Source: Auanema rhodensis
Lineage: Eukaryota; Animalia; Nematoda
Direction of reading: 5' to 3'
Length of the DNA stretch: 64,000 nt
NCBI GenBank assembly: GCA_964057225.1
Contig: OZ059894.1
Location: 11,842,001-11,906,000, forward strand
A program made the position numbers and the translations under genes. Below are positions 37,915 through 52,286 of this stretch, piece by piece (the first letter of the stretch is position 1; every line of letters starts with the position of its first letter). The notes beneath the pieces were generated by a model, which had not been told where the DNA came from, did no database searches, and saw only the letters and a program-made list of their open reading frames with translations.

Positions 37915-38356
37915 ACAGCATAGCCATGAGTATCAAAGACATCAAGCAAATGTATCGTACTTGTTACGAGTGCACTCTCTCATTTGAATATAAAAGTGTG
38001 GTTTGACAATCTTGACTGTACAGGTCATAAATGGCTCATATAAACTGTGGATTTACTCAACTTTTGGACTTATTTTTTTCTTATTCGAAGCGCTGCACTT
38101 TTTTCTATTCTTTTTATTCAAATACTTGTATATAGTTTTATATGTACGGTTGCAAAGTTTCCGAATATTTTATATATTTTTATACAATAATTAGGAGAAG
38201 GTTAATACAATGAAATCTCCCAACTTTACAGTGTTTGTATTGCTTACAGTATCTAGAACAACCACTCTTGTAATATTAGAGCACATATCAATCAACAACT
38301 TTTTCTAGTTATCAAAGCTTTTTTATTTCTTCAAGATATTTCAAATAAAATATAAA

Positions 38357-38475
38357 AGCTTACGACACCCGGGATTCCCAAGCCGTCTCCGATCCAAGTA
38401 CTAACCGGGCCCAACGTTGCTTGACTTGCCAGATCGGACGGGATGGCGTACTTTCAACGTGGTATGGTCGTAAGC
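38357..38475 (-). rRNA. 5S rRNA
   Basis: Same as 1805-1923. Confidence 0.97.
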
Positions 38476-38716
38476 AATGTTATATTCTTCATTATCAGTT
38501 ATATCACTCTAAATCTTGTTGTTAATAGTTAGGACCACAAAGAAAACAACAGGAACAGTAACAAATGAAATGCCCAAACTTTACAGTGTTCGAGTTATTT
38601 ACAGTATCTAAGACTACCTCTGTCGTGTTATTAGAGCAAACATTCGATTAACAACAACTTTTTTTTAGTTATCAAAGCTTTTTTATTTCTTCAAAAAATT
38701 TCAAATAAAATATAAA

Positions 38717-38835
38717 AGCTTACGACACCCGGGATTCCCAAGCCGTCTCCGATCCAAGTACTAACCGGGCCCAACGTTGCTTGACTTGCCAGATCGGACG
38801 GGATGGCGTACTTTCAACGTGGTATGGTCGTAAGC
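38717..38835 (-). rRNA. 5S rRNA
   Basis: Same as 1805-1923. Confidence 0.97.
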
Positions 38836-38977
38836 AATGTCATATTCTTCATTATCAGTTATATCACTCTAAATCTTGTTGTTAATAGATACGACCACAA
38901 AGAAAACAACAGGAACAGTAACAATAACAAAAAAAATTTTTTTTTCACCTATGTGTCTAAAGGTTAGCCATGTATCC

Positions 38978-39025
<48 letters not shown>

Positions 39026-40205
39026 ACAGTAAAAAGTCCAATCAAGAGAGAAATTTTTTCAACACATAGTTTTTTTTTTTTTAAATATCATTGTTTTTCC
39101 TCATAACTCGGTTTAAACTCGTTCTAACCCGTTGAAATACGTCTAGAAAGTCTTTATAACATGCATATGTATGATAGAACTTCATATTTATTGTAATAGA
39201 AAATTTTATTTTCAGACGTCTTGGTTAACAATGATATGTTTTACCCCCTTATAATTTTTATCATAATGTTCCTTATACGGAACGCTCAATGAAACTTGCT
39301 TCCAGAAAAATTTCTTTCTATTTTTTCTTCATATGTACGTAGATACTATAGAGAACTATGATAGAAAACTTTAACATTCACGAAATCATCATTTCTCATT
39401 ACGCTACGGAGGTTTAAAAAGCTGTGTTTTACCTTATAATAGACCGGAAAACCCTTGTGTTAAAACTGGACCGTTTTTACACATATAAAAATGTCCCGTA
39501 TTCGGGACCCTAATGTAACTTTTGATTCCCTATATTTTTTTTCATGAAATTTACAATCTACTGTAGAAAGAAGAATTATTTTTATAAAAACTGTAAATTT
39601 TTGAAAAATGAAAACAAAACGAAAACAAAAACAACTTTTTTTTGAACATTTTCTCACACAAGGGTCCCCCCTTACCTACTTTTTTTCTCATTACTCGTTT
39701 CAACCTCATCCGATCACTCTGCAAACATGTTTAATCGTTCTAACTTGTTGAAATACGTCTTAAAAGTCTAAACAACATGCATATGCATAATAGAAACCAC
39801 CCGAATAGGCCCCCACGCACTAAACGAGATATATACATTACCAGTATAGTAATAGAACACATATTGAAGATTAATTCGATAAGAACAATTTATTGACGTA
39901 GAGAATGTTTGTTCCGAAAAACTACAATATTAAACTATAAAAGTAACAAAAGCGTAGAGGCAGCAAAGACATGAATAAACATAAATGTAAATACAGAATT
40001 ACCAGGTAGTACATAAGTATGACAAAAAATTATAAGAAAGCCATGAAAATAGAAGGTTTGTGAACAAATGAGAGGTACATCTTTGATCGTATAGTCATTT
40101 CTAAACCGTTCGTATGCTGCAGCATCGTCATAAGCGTCACTCAAGTTGAATTTCCATGTGTACTACACGATTTTCATTCTTATTGTTACATTCTTTCCCT
40201 GAGGG

Positions 40206-40391
40206 AATGGGCCGTTCCCGCCAGCAGTGCAAGAGCGGGTCGACCCGTGAGGTGGAGCTAGCAAGCCAGCATCTACCTCAAGTCTCAAAAATCGGTTAAC
40301 CTTATTGTGAACCAATGGAACACATATCGAAGGTTAATTCGATAAGAACGATTACTACACTTTGATCTTAGCCAAAAGGCCGAGAAGCGAT
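40206..40391 (-). ncRNA. U2: U2 snRNA
   Basis: Same sequence as 1177-1362. Confidence 0.96.
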
Positions 40392-40833
40392 ACAGCATAG
40401 CCATGAGTATCAAAGACATCAAGCAAATGTATCGTACTTGTTACGAGTGCACTCTCTCATTTGAATATAAAAGTGTGGTTTGACAATCTTGACTGTACAG
40501 GTCATAAATGGCTCATATAAACTGTGGATTTACTCAACTTTTGGACTTATTTTTTTCTTATTCGAAGCGCTGCACTTTTTTCTATTCTTTTTATTCAAAT
40601 ACTTGTATATAGTTTTATATGTACGGTTGCAAAGTTTCCGAATATTTTATATATTTTTATACAATAATTAGGAGAAGGTTAATACAATGAAATCTCCCAA
40701 CTTTACAGTGTTTGTATTGCTTACAGTATCTAGAACAACCACTCTTGTAATATTAGAGCACATATCAATCAACAACTTTTTCTAGTTATCAAAGCTTTTT
40801 TATTTCTTCAAGATATTTCAAATAAAATATAAA

Positions 40834-40942
40834 AGCTTACGACACCCGGGATTCTCCGATCCAAGTACTAACCGGGCCCAACGTTGCTTGACTTGCCAGA
40901 TCGGACGGGATGGCGTACTTTCAACGTGGTATGGTCGTAAGC
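40834..40942 (-). pseudogene. 5S rRNA copy with a 10-bp internal deletion
   Basis: gggattctccgat instead of gggattcccaagccgtctccgat at ~40854. Confidence 0.88.
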
Positions 40943-41183
40943 AATGTTATATTCTTCATTATCAGTTATATCACTCTAAATCTTGTTGTTAATAGTTAGG
41001 ACCACAAAGAAAACAACAGGAACAGTAACAAATGAAATGCCCAAACTTTACAGTGTTCGAGTTATTTACAGTATCTAAGACTACCTCTGTCGTGTTATTA
41101 GAGCAAACATTCGATTAACAACAACTTTTTTTTAGTTATCAAAGCTTTTTTATTTCTTCAAAAAATTTCAAATAAAATATAAA

Positions 41184-41302
41184 AGCTTACGACACCCGGG
41201 ATTCCCAAGCCGTCTCCGATCCAAGTACTAACCGGGCCCAACGTTGCTTGACTTGCCAGATCGGACGGGATGGCGTACTTTCAACGTGGTATGGTCGTAA
41301 GC
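41184..41302 (-). rRNA. 5S rRNA
   Basis: Same as 1805-1923. Confidence 0.97.
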
Positions 41303-41444
41303 AATGTCATATTCTTCATTATCAGTTATATCACTCTAAATCTTGTTGTTAATAGATACGACCACAAAGAAAACAACAGGAACAGTAACAATAACAAAAA
41401 AAATTTTTTTTTCACCTATGTGTCTAAAGGTTAGCCATGTATCC

Positions 41445-41492
<48 letters not shown>

Positions 41493-42672
41493 ACAGTAAA
41501 AAGTCCAATCAAGAGAGAAATTTTTTCAACACATAGTTGTTTTTTTTTTAAATATCATTGTTTTTCCTCATAACTCGGTTTAAACTCGTTCTAACCCGTT
41601 GAAATACGTCTAGAAAGTCTTTATAACATGCATATGTATGATAGAACTTCATATTTATTGTAATAGAAAATTTTATTTTCAGACGTCTTGGTTAACAATG
41701 ATATGTTTTACCCCCTTATAATTTTTATCATAATGTTCCTTATACGGAACGCTCAATGAAACTTGCTTCCAGAAAAATTTCTTTCTATTTTTTCTTCATA
41801 TGTACGTAGATACTATAGAGAACTATGATAGAAAACTTTAACATTCACGAAATCATCATTTCTCATTACGCTACGGAGGTTTAAAAAGCTGTGTTTTACC
41901 TTATAATAGACCGGAAAACCCTTGTGTTAAAACTGGACCGTTTTTACACATATAAAAATGTCCCGTATTCGGGACCCTAATGTAACTTTTGATTCCCTAT
42001 ATTTTTTTTCATGAAATTTACAATCTACTGTAGAAAGAAGAATTATTTTTATAAAAACTGTAAATTTTTGAAAAATGAAAACAAAACGAAAACAAAAACA
42101 ACTTTTTTTTGAACATTTTCTCACACAAGGGTCCCCCCTTACCTACTTTTTTTCTCATTACTCGTTTCAACCTCATCCGATCACTCTGCAAACATGTTTA
42201 ATCGTTCTAACTTGTTGAAATACGTCTTAAAAGTCTAAACAACATGCATATGCATAATAGAAACCACCCGAATAGGCCCCCACGCACTAAACGAGATATA
42301 TACATTACCAGTATAGTAATAGAACACATATTGAAGATTAATTCGATAAGAACAATTTATTGACGTAGAGAATGTTTGTTCCGAAAAACTACAATATTAA
42401 ACTATAAAAGTAACAAAAGCGTAGAGGCAGCAAAGACATGAATAAACATAAATGTAAATACAGAATTACCAGGTAGTACATAAGTATGACAAAAAATTAT
42501 AAGAAAGCCATGAAAATAGAAGGTTTGTGAACAAATGAGAGGTACATCTTTGATCGTATAGTCATTTCTAAACCGTTCGTATGCTGCAGCATCGTCATAA
42601 GCGTCACTCAAGTTGAATTTCCATGTGTACTACACGATTTTCATTCTTATTGTTACATTCTTTCCCTGAGGG

Positions 42673-42858
42673 AATGGGCCGTTCCCGCCAGCAGTGCAAG
42701 AGCGGGTCGACCCGTGAGGTGGAGCTAGCAAGCCAGCATCTACCTCAAGTCTCAAAAATCGGTTAACCTTATTGTGAACCAATGGAACACATATCGAAGG
42801 TTAATTCGATAAGAACGATTACTACACTTTGATCTTAGCCAAAAGGCCGAGAAGCGAT
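42673..42858 (-). ncRNA. U2: U2 snRNA
   Basis: Same sequence as 1177-1362. Confidence 0.96.
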
Positions 42859-43300
42859 ACAGCATAGCCATGAGTATCAAAGACATCAAGCAAATGTATC
42901 GTACTTGTTACGAGTGCACTCTCTCATTTGAATATAAAAGTGTGGTTTGACAATCTTGACTGTACAGGTCATAAATGGCTCATATAAACTGTGGATTTAC
43001 TCAACTTTTGGACTTATTTTTTTCTTATTCGAAGCGCTGCACTTTTTTCTATTCTTTTTATTCAAATACTTGTATATAGTTTTATATGTACGGTTGCAAA
43101 GTTTCCGAATATTTTATATATTTTTATACAATAATTAGGAGAAGGTTAATACAATGAAATCTCCCAACTTTACAGTGTTTGTATTGCTTACAGTATCTAG
43201 AACAACCACTCTTGTAATATTAGAGCACATATCAATCAACAACTTTTTCTAGTTATCAAAGCTTTTTTATTTCTTCAAGATATTTCAAATAAAATATAAA

Positions 43301-43419
43301 AGCTTACGACACCCGGGATTCCCAAGCCGTCTCCGATCCAAGTACTAACCGGGCCCAACGTTGCTTGACTTGCCAGATCGGACGGGATGGCGTACTTTCA
43401 ACGTGGTATGGTCGTAAGC
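43301..43419 (-). rRNA. 5S rRNA
   Basis: Same as 1805-1923. Confidence 0.97.
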
Positions 43420-43660
43420 AATGTTATATTCTTCATTATCAGTTATATCACTCTAAATCTTGTTGTTAATAGTTAGGACCACAAAGAAAACAACAGGAAC
43501 AGTAACAAATGAAATGCCCAAACTTTACAGTGTTCGAGTTATTTACAGTATCTAAGACTACCTCTGTCGTGTTATTAGAGCAAACATTCGATTAACAACA
43601 ACTTTTTTTTAGTTATCAAAGCTTTTTTATTTCTTCAAAAAATTTCAAATAAAATATAAA

Positions 43661-43779
43661 AGCTTACGACACCCGGGATTCCCAAGCCGTCTCCGATCCA
43701 AGTACTAACCGGGCCCAACGTTGCTTGACTTGCCAGATCGGACGGGATGGCGTACTTTCAACGTGGTATGGTCGTAAGC
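43661..43779 (-). rRNA. 5S rRNA
   Basis: Same as 1805-1923. Confidence 0.97.
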
Positions 43780-43921
43780 AATGTCATATTCTTCATTATC
43801 AGTTATATCACTCTAAATCTTGTTGTTAATAGATACGACCACAAAGAAAACAACAGGAACAGTAACAATAACAAAAAAAATTTTTTTTTCACCTATGTGT
43901 CTAAAGGTTAGCCATGTATCC

Positions 43922-43973
<52 letters not shown>

Positions 43974-45152
43974 ACAGTAAAAAGTCCAATCAAGAGAGAA
44001 ATTTTTTCAACACATAGTTGTTTTTTTTTAAATATCATTGTTTTTCCTCATAACTCGGTTTAAACTCGTTCTAACCCGTTGAAATACGTCTAGAAAGTCT
44101 TTATAACATGCATATGTATGATAGAACTTCATATTTATTGTAATAGAAAATTTTATTTTCAGACGTCTTGGTTAACAATGATATGTTTTACCCCCTTATA
44201 ATTTTTATCATAATGTTCCTTATACGGAACGCTCAATGAAACTTGCTTCCAGAAAAATTTCTTTCTATTTTTTCTTCATATGTACGTAGATACTATAGAG
44301 AACTATGATAGAAAACTTTAACATTCACGAAATCATCATTTCTCATTACGCTACGGAGGTTTAAAAAGCTGTGTTTTACCTTATAATAGACCGGAAAACC
44401 CTTGTGTTAAAACTGGACCGTTTTTACACATATAAAAATGTCCCGTATTCGGGACCCTAATGTAACTTTTGATTCCCTATATTTTTTTTCATGAAATTTA
44501 CAATCTACTGTAGAAAGAAGAATTATTTTTATAAAAACTGTAAATTTTTGAAAAATGAAAACAAAACGAAAACAAAAACAACTTTTTTTTGAACATTTTC
44601 TCACACAAGGGTCCCCCCTTACCTACTTTTTTTCTCATTACTCGTTTCAACCTCATCCGATCACTCTGCAAACATGTTTAATCGTTCTAACTTGTTGAAA
44701 TACGTCTTAAAAGTCTAAACAACATGCATATGCATAATAGAAACCACCCGAATAGGCCCCCACGCACTAAACGAGATATATACATTACCAGTATAGTAAT
44801 AGAACACATATTGAAGATTAATTCGATAAGAACAATTTATTGACGTAGAGAATGTTTGTTCCGAAAAACTACAATATTAAACTATAAAAGTAACAAAAGC
44901 GTAGAGGCAGCAAAGACATGAATAAACATAAATGTAAATACAGAATTACCAGGTAGTACATAAGTATGACAAAAAATTATAAGAAAGCCATGAAAATAGA
45001 AGGTTTGTGAACAAATGAGAGGTACATCTTTGATCGTATAGTCATTTCTAAACCGTTCGTATGCTGCAGCATCGTCATAAGCGTCACTCAAGTTGAATTT
45101 CCATGTGTACTACACGATTTTCATTCTTATTGTTACATTCTTTCCCTGAGGG

Positions 45153-46167
45153 AATGGGCCGTTCCCGCCAGCAGTGCAAGAGCGGGTCGACCCGTGAGGT
45201 GGAGCTAGCAAGCCAGCATCTACCTCAAGTCTCAAAAATCGGTTAACCTTATTGTGAACCAATGGAACACATATCGAAGGTTAATTCGATAAGAACGATT
45301 TATTGAAGTAGATAATGTTTGTCCCGGAGGACTACAATATTAAAATAATTACTGAAGCCCGAAGGCAGCGAGAAATAGTAAGGATACTACCTGCACTGAG
45401 TGCGTCGTATCATAAAAAAAGAGATAGCTAATGGGCAAGTTGAAGAGCTTGAAATTAACAATGACGTCACTAGAAGTAAAGTTTTCTATCTGCAGCTGCG
45501 GGTAAAGAGGGTCAGCGTAAGCAGAATTCAATTCTACCAACAATTAGTGGGAACATTGAGAGAACAGATGAAGGAGGAAATTGTAACTTCAAGTAAAATA
45601 GATTATATCTTCAGCTGCGGGTAAAGAGAGTCAGCTTTGTACAGATTACTAGTTTACATAAGAAGTGGTAACATTTCAAAAAAGGAGCACAACATAAAAA
45701 ACGAGACTACGGACTATGAGGTAAATGTTATCATTGTCTGGATCGATGATTCGGCATTTGATTGCAGCTGCGGATTGAGTGGATCAGCTTGCATGGCGTC
45801 CGCATTCGACATCAGGGAAAATGATGAGTTTCTTGAGGTCCGGCTCGGCGGGCTGTTATGTCCTATTCCCTGTTGATGGTGTTGTTGTCCTTGAGCTTGT
45901 TCTTCTTCCCAGAAAAAAAAAAACTGTGAAGCTGAAGAGTCCTATTAAACGTCTTTAAACGCAAGATTAATAAGAAGCTACTACAGCTAACACAGGACCG
46001 CCTCAAGGCCTGGTAGATCAACCAGTGTTGCTTCAATCACCAAGTATTGCGGCCTGGGCCCTTGGATCAATTCACAACACCAGTATAGCAATGGAACACA
46101 TATCGAAGGTTAATTCGATAAGAACGATTACTACACTTTGATCTTAGCCAAAAGGCCGAGAAGCGAT
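45153..46167 (-). pseudogene. U2: U2 gene interrupted by the 788-bp element
   Basis: Same structure as 22034-23048. Confidence 0.92.
45301..46088 (-). mobile_element. 788-bp U2-targeting element, copy 2
   Basis: Same sequence; direct repeats at 45260-45300 and 46089-46129. Confidence 0.88.
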
Positions 46168-46609
46168 ACAGCATAGCCATGAGTATCAAAGACATCAAGC
46201 AAATGTATCGTACTTGTTACGAGTGCACTCTCTCATTTGAATATAAAAGTGTGGTTTGACAATCTTGACTGTACAGGTCATAAATGGCTCATATAAACTG
46301 TGGATTTACTCAACTTTTGGACTTATTTTTTTCTTATTCGAAGCGCTGCACTTTTTTCTATTCTTTTTATTCAAATACTTGTATATAGTTTTATATGTAC
46401 GGTTGCAAAGTTTCCGAATATTTTATATATTTTTATACAATAATTAGGAGAAGGTTAATACAATGAAATCTCCCAACTTTACAGTGTTTGTATTGCTTAC
46501 AGTATCTAGAACAACCACTCTTGTAATATTAGAGCACATATCAATCAACAACTTTTTCTAGTTATCAAAGCTTTTTTATTTCTTCAAGATATTTCAAATA
46601 AAATATAAA

Positions 46610-46728
46610 AGCTTACGACACCCGGGATTCCCAAGCCGTCTCCGATCCAAGTACTAACCGGGCCCAACGTTGCTTGACTTGCCAGATCGGACGGGATGGC
46701 GTACTTTCAACGTGGTATGGTCGTAAGC
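46610..46728 (-). rRNA. 5S rRNA
   Basis: Same as 1805-1923. Confidence 0.97.
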
Positions 46729-46969
46729 AATGTTATATTCTTCATTATCAGTTATATCACTCTAAATCTTGTTGTTAATAGTTAGGACCACAAAGAAAAC
46801 AACAGGAACAGTAACAAATGAAATGCCCAAACTTTACAGTGTTCGAGTTATTTACAGTATCTAAGACTACCTCTGTCGTGTTATTAGAGCAAACATTCGA
46901 TTAACAACAACTTTTTTTTAGTTATCAAAGCTTTTTTATTTCTTCAAAAAATTTCAAATAAAATATAAA

Positions 46970-47088
46970 AGCTTACGACACCCGGGATTCCCAAGCCGTC
47001 TCCGATCCAAGTACTAACCGGGCCCAACGTTGCTTGACTTGCCAGATCGGACGGGATGGCGTACTTTCAACGTGGTATGGTCGTAAGC
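46970..47088 (-). rRNA. 5S rRNA
   Basis: Same as 1805-1923. Confidence 0.97.
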
Positions 47089-47231
47089 AATGTCATATTC
47101 TTCATTATCAGTTATATCACTCTAAATCTTGTTGTTAATAGATACGACCACAAAGAAAACAACAGGAACAGTAACAATAACAAAAAAAATTTTTTTTTCA
47201 CCTATGTGTCTAAAGGTTAGCCATGTATCCG

Positions 47232-47277
<46 letters not shown>

Positions 47278-48457
47278 ACAGTAAAAAGTCCAATCAAGAG
47301 AGAAATTTTTTCAACACATAGTTGTTTTTTTTTTAAATATCATTGTTTTTCCTCATAACTCGGTTTAAACTCGTTCTAACCCGTTGAAATACGTCTAGAA
47401 AGTCTTTATAACATGCATATGTATGATAGAACTTCATATTTATTGTAATAGAAAATTTTATTTTCAGACGTCTTGGTTAACAATGATATGTTTTACCCCC
47501 TTATAATTTTTATCATAATGTTCCTTATACGGAACGCTCAATGAAACTTGCTTCCAGAAAAATTTCTTTCTATTTTTTCTTCATATGTACGTAGATACTA
47601 TAGAGAACTATGATAGAAAACTTTAACATTCACGAAATCATCATTTCTCATTACGCTACGGAGGTTTAAAAAGCTGTGTTTTACCTTATAATAGACCGGA
47701 AAACCCTTGTGTTAAAACTGGACCGTTTTTACACATATAAAAATGTCCCGTATTCGGGACCCTAATGTAACTTTTGATTCCCTATATTTTTTTTCATGAA
47801 ATTTACAATCTACTGTAGAAAGAAGAATTATTTTTATAAAAACTGTAAATTTTTGAAAAATGAAAACAAAACGAAAACAAAAACAACTTTTTTTTGAACA
47901 TTTTCTCACACAAGGGTCCCCCCTTACCTACTTTTTTTCTCATTACTCGTTTCAACCTCATCCGATCACTCTGCAAACATGTTTAATCGTTCTAACTTGT
48001 TGAAATACGTCTTAAAAGTCTAAACAACATGCATATGCATAATAGAAACCACCCGAATAGGCCCCCACGCACTAAACGAGATATATACATTACCAGTATA
48101 GTAATAGAACACATATTGAAGATTAATTCGATAAGAACAATTTATTGACGTAGAGAATGTTTGTTCCGAAAAACTACAATATTGAACTATAAAAGTAACA
48201 AAAGCGTAGAGGCAGCAAAGACATGAATAAACATAAATGTAAATACAGAATTACCAGGTAGTACATAAGTATGACAAAAAATTATAAGAAAGCCATGAAA
48301 ATAGAAGGTTTGTGAACAAATGAGAGGTACATCTTTGATCGTATAGTCATTTCTAAACCGTTCGTATGCTGCAGCATCGTCATAAGCGTCACTCAAGTTG
48401 AATTTCCATGTGTACTACACGATTTTCATTCTTATTGTTACATTCTTTCCCTGAGGG

Positions 48458-48643
48458 AATGGGCCGTTCCCGCCAGCAGTGCAAGAGCGGGTCGACCCGT
48501 GAGGTGGAGCTAGCAAGCCAGCATCTACCTCAAGTCTCAAAAATCGGTTAACCTTATTGTGAACCAATGGAACACATATCGAAGGTTAATTCGATAAGAA
48601 CGATTACTACACTTTGATCTTAGCCAAAAGGCCGAGAAGCGAT
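48458..48643 (-). ncRNA. U2: U2 snRNA
   Basis: Same sequence as 1177-1362. Confidence 0.96.
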
Positions 48644-49085
48644 ACAGCATAGCCATGAGTATCAAAGACATCAAGCAAATGTATCGTACTTGTTACGAGT
48701 GCACTCTCTCATTTGAATATAAAAGTGTGGTTTGACAATCTTGACTGTACAGGTCATAAATGGCTCATATAAACTGTGGATTTACTCAACTTTTGGACTT
48801 ATTTTTTTCTTATTCGAAGCGCTGCACTTTTTTCTATTCTTTTTATTCAAATACTTGTATATAGTTTTATATGTACGGTTGCAAAGTTTCCGAATATTTT
48901 ATATATTTTTATACAATAATTAGGAGAAGGTTAATACAATGAAATCTCCCAACTTTACAGTGTTTGTATTGCTTACAGTATCTAGAACAACCACTCTTGT
49001 AATATTAGAGCACATATCAATCAACAACTTTTTCTAGTTATCAAAGCTTTTTTATTTCTTCAAGATATTTCAAATAAAATATAAA

Positions 49086-49204
49086 AGCTTACGACACCCG
49101 GGATTCCCAAGCCGTCTCCGATCCAAGTACTAACCGGGCCCAACGTTGCTTGACTTGCCAGATCGGACGGGATGGCGTACTTTCAACGTGGTATGGTCGT
49201 AAGC
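49086..49204 (-). rRNA. 5S rRNA
   Basis: Same as 1805-1923. Confidence 0.97.
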
Positions 49205-49445
49205 AATGTTATATTCTTCATTATCAGTTATATCACTCTAAATCTTGTTGTTAATAGTTAGGACCACAAAGAAAACAACAGGAACAGTAACAAATGAAAT
49301 GCCCAAACTTTACAGTGTTCGAGTTATTTACAGTATCTAAGACTACCTCTGTCGTGTTATTAGAGCAAACATTCGATTAACAACAACTTTTTTTTAGTTA
49401 TCAAAGCTTTTTTATTTCTTCAAAAAATTTCAAATAAAATATAAA

Positions 49446-49564
49446 AGCTTACGACACCCGGGATTCCCAAGCCGTCTCCGATCCAAGTACTAACCGGGCC
49501 CAACGTTGCTTGACTTGCCAGATCGGACGGGATGGCGTACTTTCAACGTGGTATGGTCGTAAGC
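49446..49564 (-). rRNA. 5S rRNA
   Basis: Same as 1805-1923. Confidence 0.97.
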
Positions 49565-49706
49565 AATGTCATATTCTTCATTATCAGTTATATCACTCTA
49601 AATCTTGTTGTTAATAGATACGACCACAAAGAAAACAACAGGAACAGTAACAATAACAAAAAAAATTTTTTTTTCACCTATGTGTCTAAAGGTTAGCCAT
49701 GTATCC

Positions 49707-49754
<48 letters not shown>

Positions 49755-50934
49755 ACAGTAAAAAGTCCAATCAAGAGAGAAATTTTTTCAACACATAGTT
49801 GTTTTTTTTTTAAATATCATTGTTTTTCCTCATAACTCGGTTTAAACTCGTTCTAACCCGTTGAAATACGTCTAGAAAGTCTTTATAACATGCATATGTA
49901 TGATAGAACTTCATATTTATTGTAATAGAAAATTTTATTTTCAGACGTCTTGGTTAACAATGATATGTTTTACCCCCTTATAATTTTTATCATAATGTTC
50001 CTTATACGGAACGCTCAATGAAACTTGCTTCCAGAAAAATTTCTTTCTATTTTTTCTTCATATGTACGTAGATACTATAGAGAACTATGATAGAAAACTT
50101 TAACATTCACGAAATCATCATTTCTCATTACGCTACGGAGGTTTAAAAAGCTGTGTTTTACCTTATAATAGACCGGAAAACCCTTGTGTTAAAACTGGAC
50201 CGTTTTTACACATATAAAAATGTCCCGTATTCGGGACCCTAATGTAACTTTTGATTCCCTATATTTTTTTTCATGAAATTTACAATCTACTGTAGAAAGA
50301 AGAATTATTTTTATAAAAACTGTAAATTTTTGAAAAATGAAAACAAAACGAAAACAAAAACAACTTTTTTTTGAACATTTTCTCACACAAGGGTCCCCCC
50401 TTACCTACTTTTTTTCTCATTACTCGTTTCAACCTCATCCGATCACTCTGCAAACATGTTTAATCGTTCTAACTTGTTGAAATACGTCTTAAAAGTCTAA
50501 ACAACATGCATATGCATAATAGAAACCACCCGAATAGGCCCCCACGCACTAAACGAGATATATACATTACCAGTATAGTAATAGAACACATATTGAAGAT
50601 TAATTCGATAAGAACAATTTATTGACGTAGAGAATGTTTGTTCCGAAAAACTACAATATTAAACTATAAAAGTAACAAAAGCGTAGAGGCAGCAAAGACA
50701 TGAATAAACATAAATGTAAATACAGAATTACCAGGTAGTACATAAGTATGACAAAAAATTATAAGAAAGCCATGAAAATAGAAGGTTTGTGAACAAATGA
50801 GAGGTACATCTTTGATCGTATAGTCATTTCTAAACCGTTCGTATGCTGCAGCATCGTCATAAGCGTCACTCAAGTTGAATTTCCATGTGTACTACACGAT
50901 TTTCATTCTTATTGTTACATTCTTTCCCTGAGGG

Positions 50935-51083
50935 AATGGGCCGTTCCCGCCAGCAGTGCAAGAGCGGGTCGACCCGTGAGGTGGAACTAGCAAGCCAGCA
51001 TCTACCTCAAGTCTCAAAAATCGGTTAACCTTATTGTGAACCAATGGAACACATATCGAAGGTTAATTCGATAAGAACGATTA
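50935..51083 (-). pseudogene. U2: U2 remnant (nt 38 to end), second copy
   Basis: Same junction and same private SNP (50986) as 18501-18649. Confidence 0.93.
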
Positions 51084-51479
51084 ATGGTTTATTGAATAAC
51101 TAATGTTATGAAACAATAAATAACCAATAAAAAAGAGCCCAGAATCGGGGAGACGGTATTACCAGTACAACTTAAAACAGCAAGTGATTAAAAAGTACAA
51201 AATAAAACACATTACCAACAGAGGCTAAAACGACTCAAGAGTCGGGGGAGTGGGTTAAAAAAAGTAATGAATAACAAAAAAAATGAATAATAAAGCAGAC
51301 CAGTGAAAAGTAAATATCAAGTGCCGCTATGATCAAACAATTTGAGTGCCTACGGCAATGGTGTTAAAAATAAACAACAAAATACATGTACCAATGAAGG
51401 TCAGAAAGAGAGAAAGAAAAAAGACAAAAATAAGTAATACAAAAAGTAAAAAATATATTACAATCAAATCACAAACAAG

Positions 51480-52274
51480 TCAATGGATAATTTCTTCTTC
51501 ATACTGCCTTACACCAGAAACATGTTCCACGTAGATATTCCTGGCCCACTTGATGGTATCGGCGACGACGAGCTTCTCCATTAGCCGGTTGTAGTGGCTG
51601 CTGATCTTGAGTGATCGGAGGGCTTGTACGTTGAGCGGGTCCATAGTTCCAAGCATTCCTACGACATACGCTTCTACACTAGTCTTATAACCAAGACATT
51701 GGTATTGGCTGGCTATGTCAGCATATTTCCTCTCCTTTATCATACGCGCGGCTATCATGGCTTGTCGGCGGTTTTCATAGCTCACTGTAACATCAACGAT
51801 ACTACAGTGTTTTGCGTCATGATCGACCACTACTATGTCAGGTCGGAGTGTACTATTAATGCCAGGAAGAGGCTGGTTAGTGTAAACTTCTCCGTTTTTA
51901 GGCTCTGGCAGGGCTTTGATAAGACGGTCCACGATGTTGTTGTGGCGGAGTTGGATTGCTCTCGTGTGAAAGTGGCAGTGTCCAAGAACATGTGCAGCAG
52001 TTTCGTTGGGGTAACTACACCTGCGGCACTGTTTGTTTCCTTCTCCGTGTCTTCTACAGCCATTGAGCTGGAGAGTATTAAGTCGAGCCTTGTGGATGAA
52101 TCGCCAATCAGCAAACCGTATGAAATCTCCCTTCGCCATAAAGTGATTGGACGCTTTGTTGAGCATTGTGACATCAAAGACTTTCCCTTGATCCGGTTTT
52201 TGAAGAAGGATCCGAAGGTCTTTCAGCCATAATGCACGTCGCAGGCTTCTGTGGCATAGTGAAGGTGTTAACAG
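51480..52274 (-). CDS. C-terminal CCHC + RLE fragment, second copy
   Basis: Identical translation to 19046-19840. Confidence 0.9.
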   Translation of the reverse strand: MLTPSLCHRSLRRALWLKDLRILLQKPDQGKVFDVTMLNKASNHFMAKGDFIRFADWRFIHKARLNTLQLNGCRRHGEGNKQCRRCSYPNETAAHVLGHCHFHTRAIQLRHNNIVDRLIKALPEPKNGEVYTNQPLPGINSTLRPDIVVVDHDAKHCSIVDVTVSYENRRQAMIAARMIKERKYADIASQYQCLGYKTSVEAYVVGMLGTMDPLNVQALRSLKISSHYNRLMEKLVVADTIKWARNIYVEHVSGVRQYEEEIIH

Positions 52275-52286
52275 TTGGTTCAGCAC

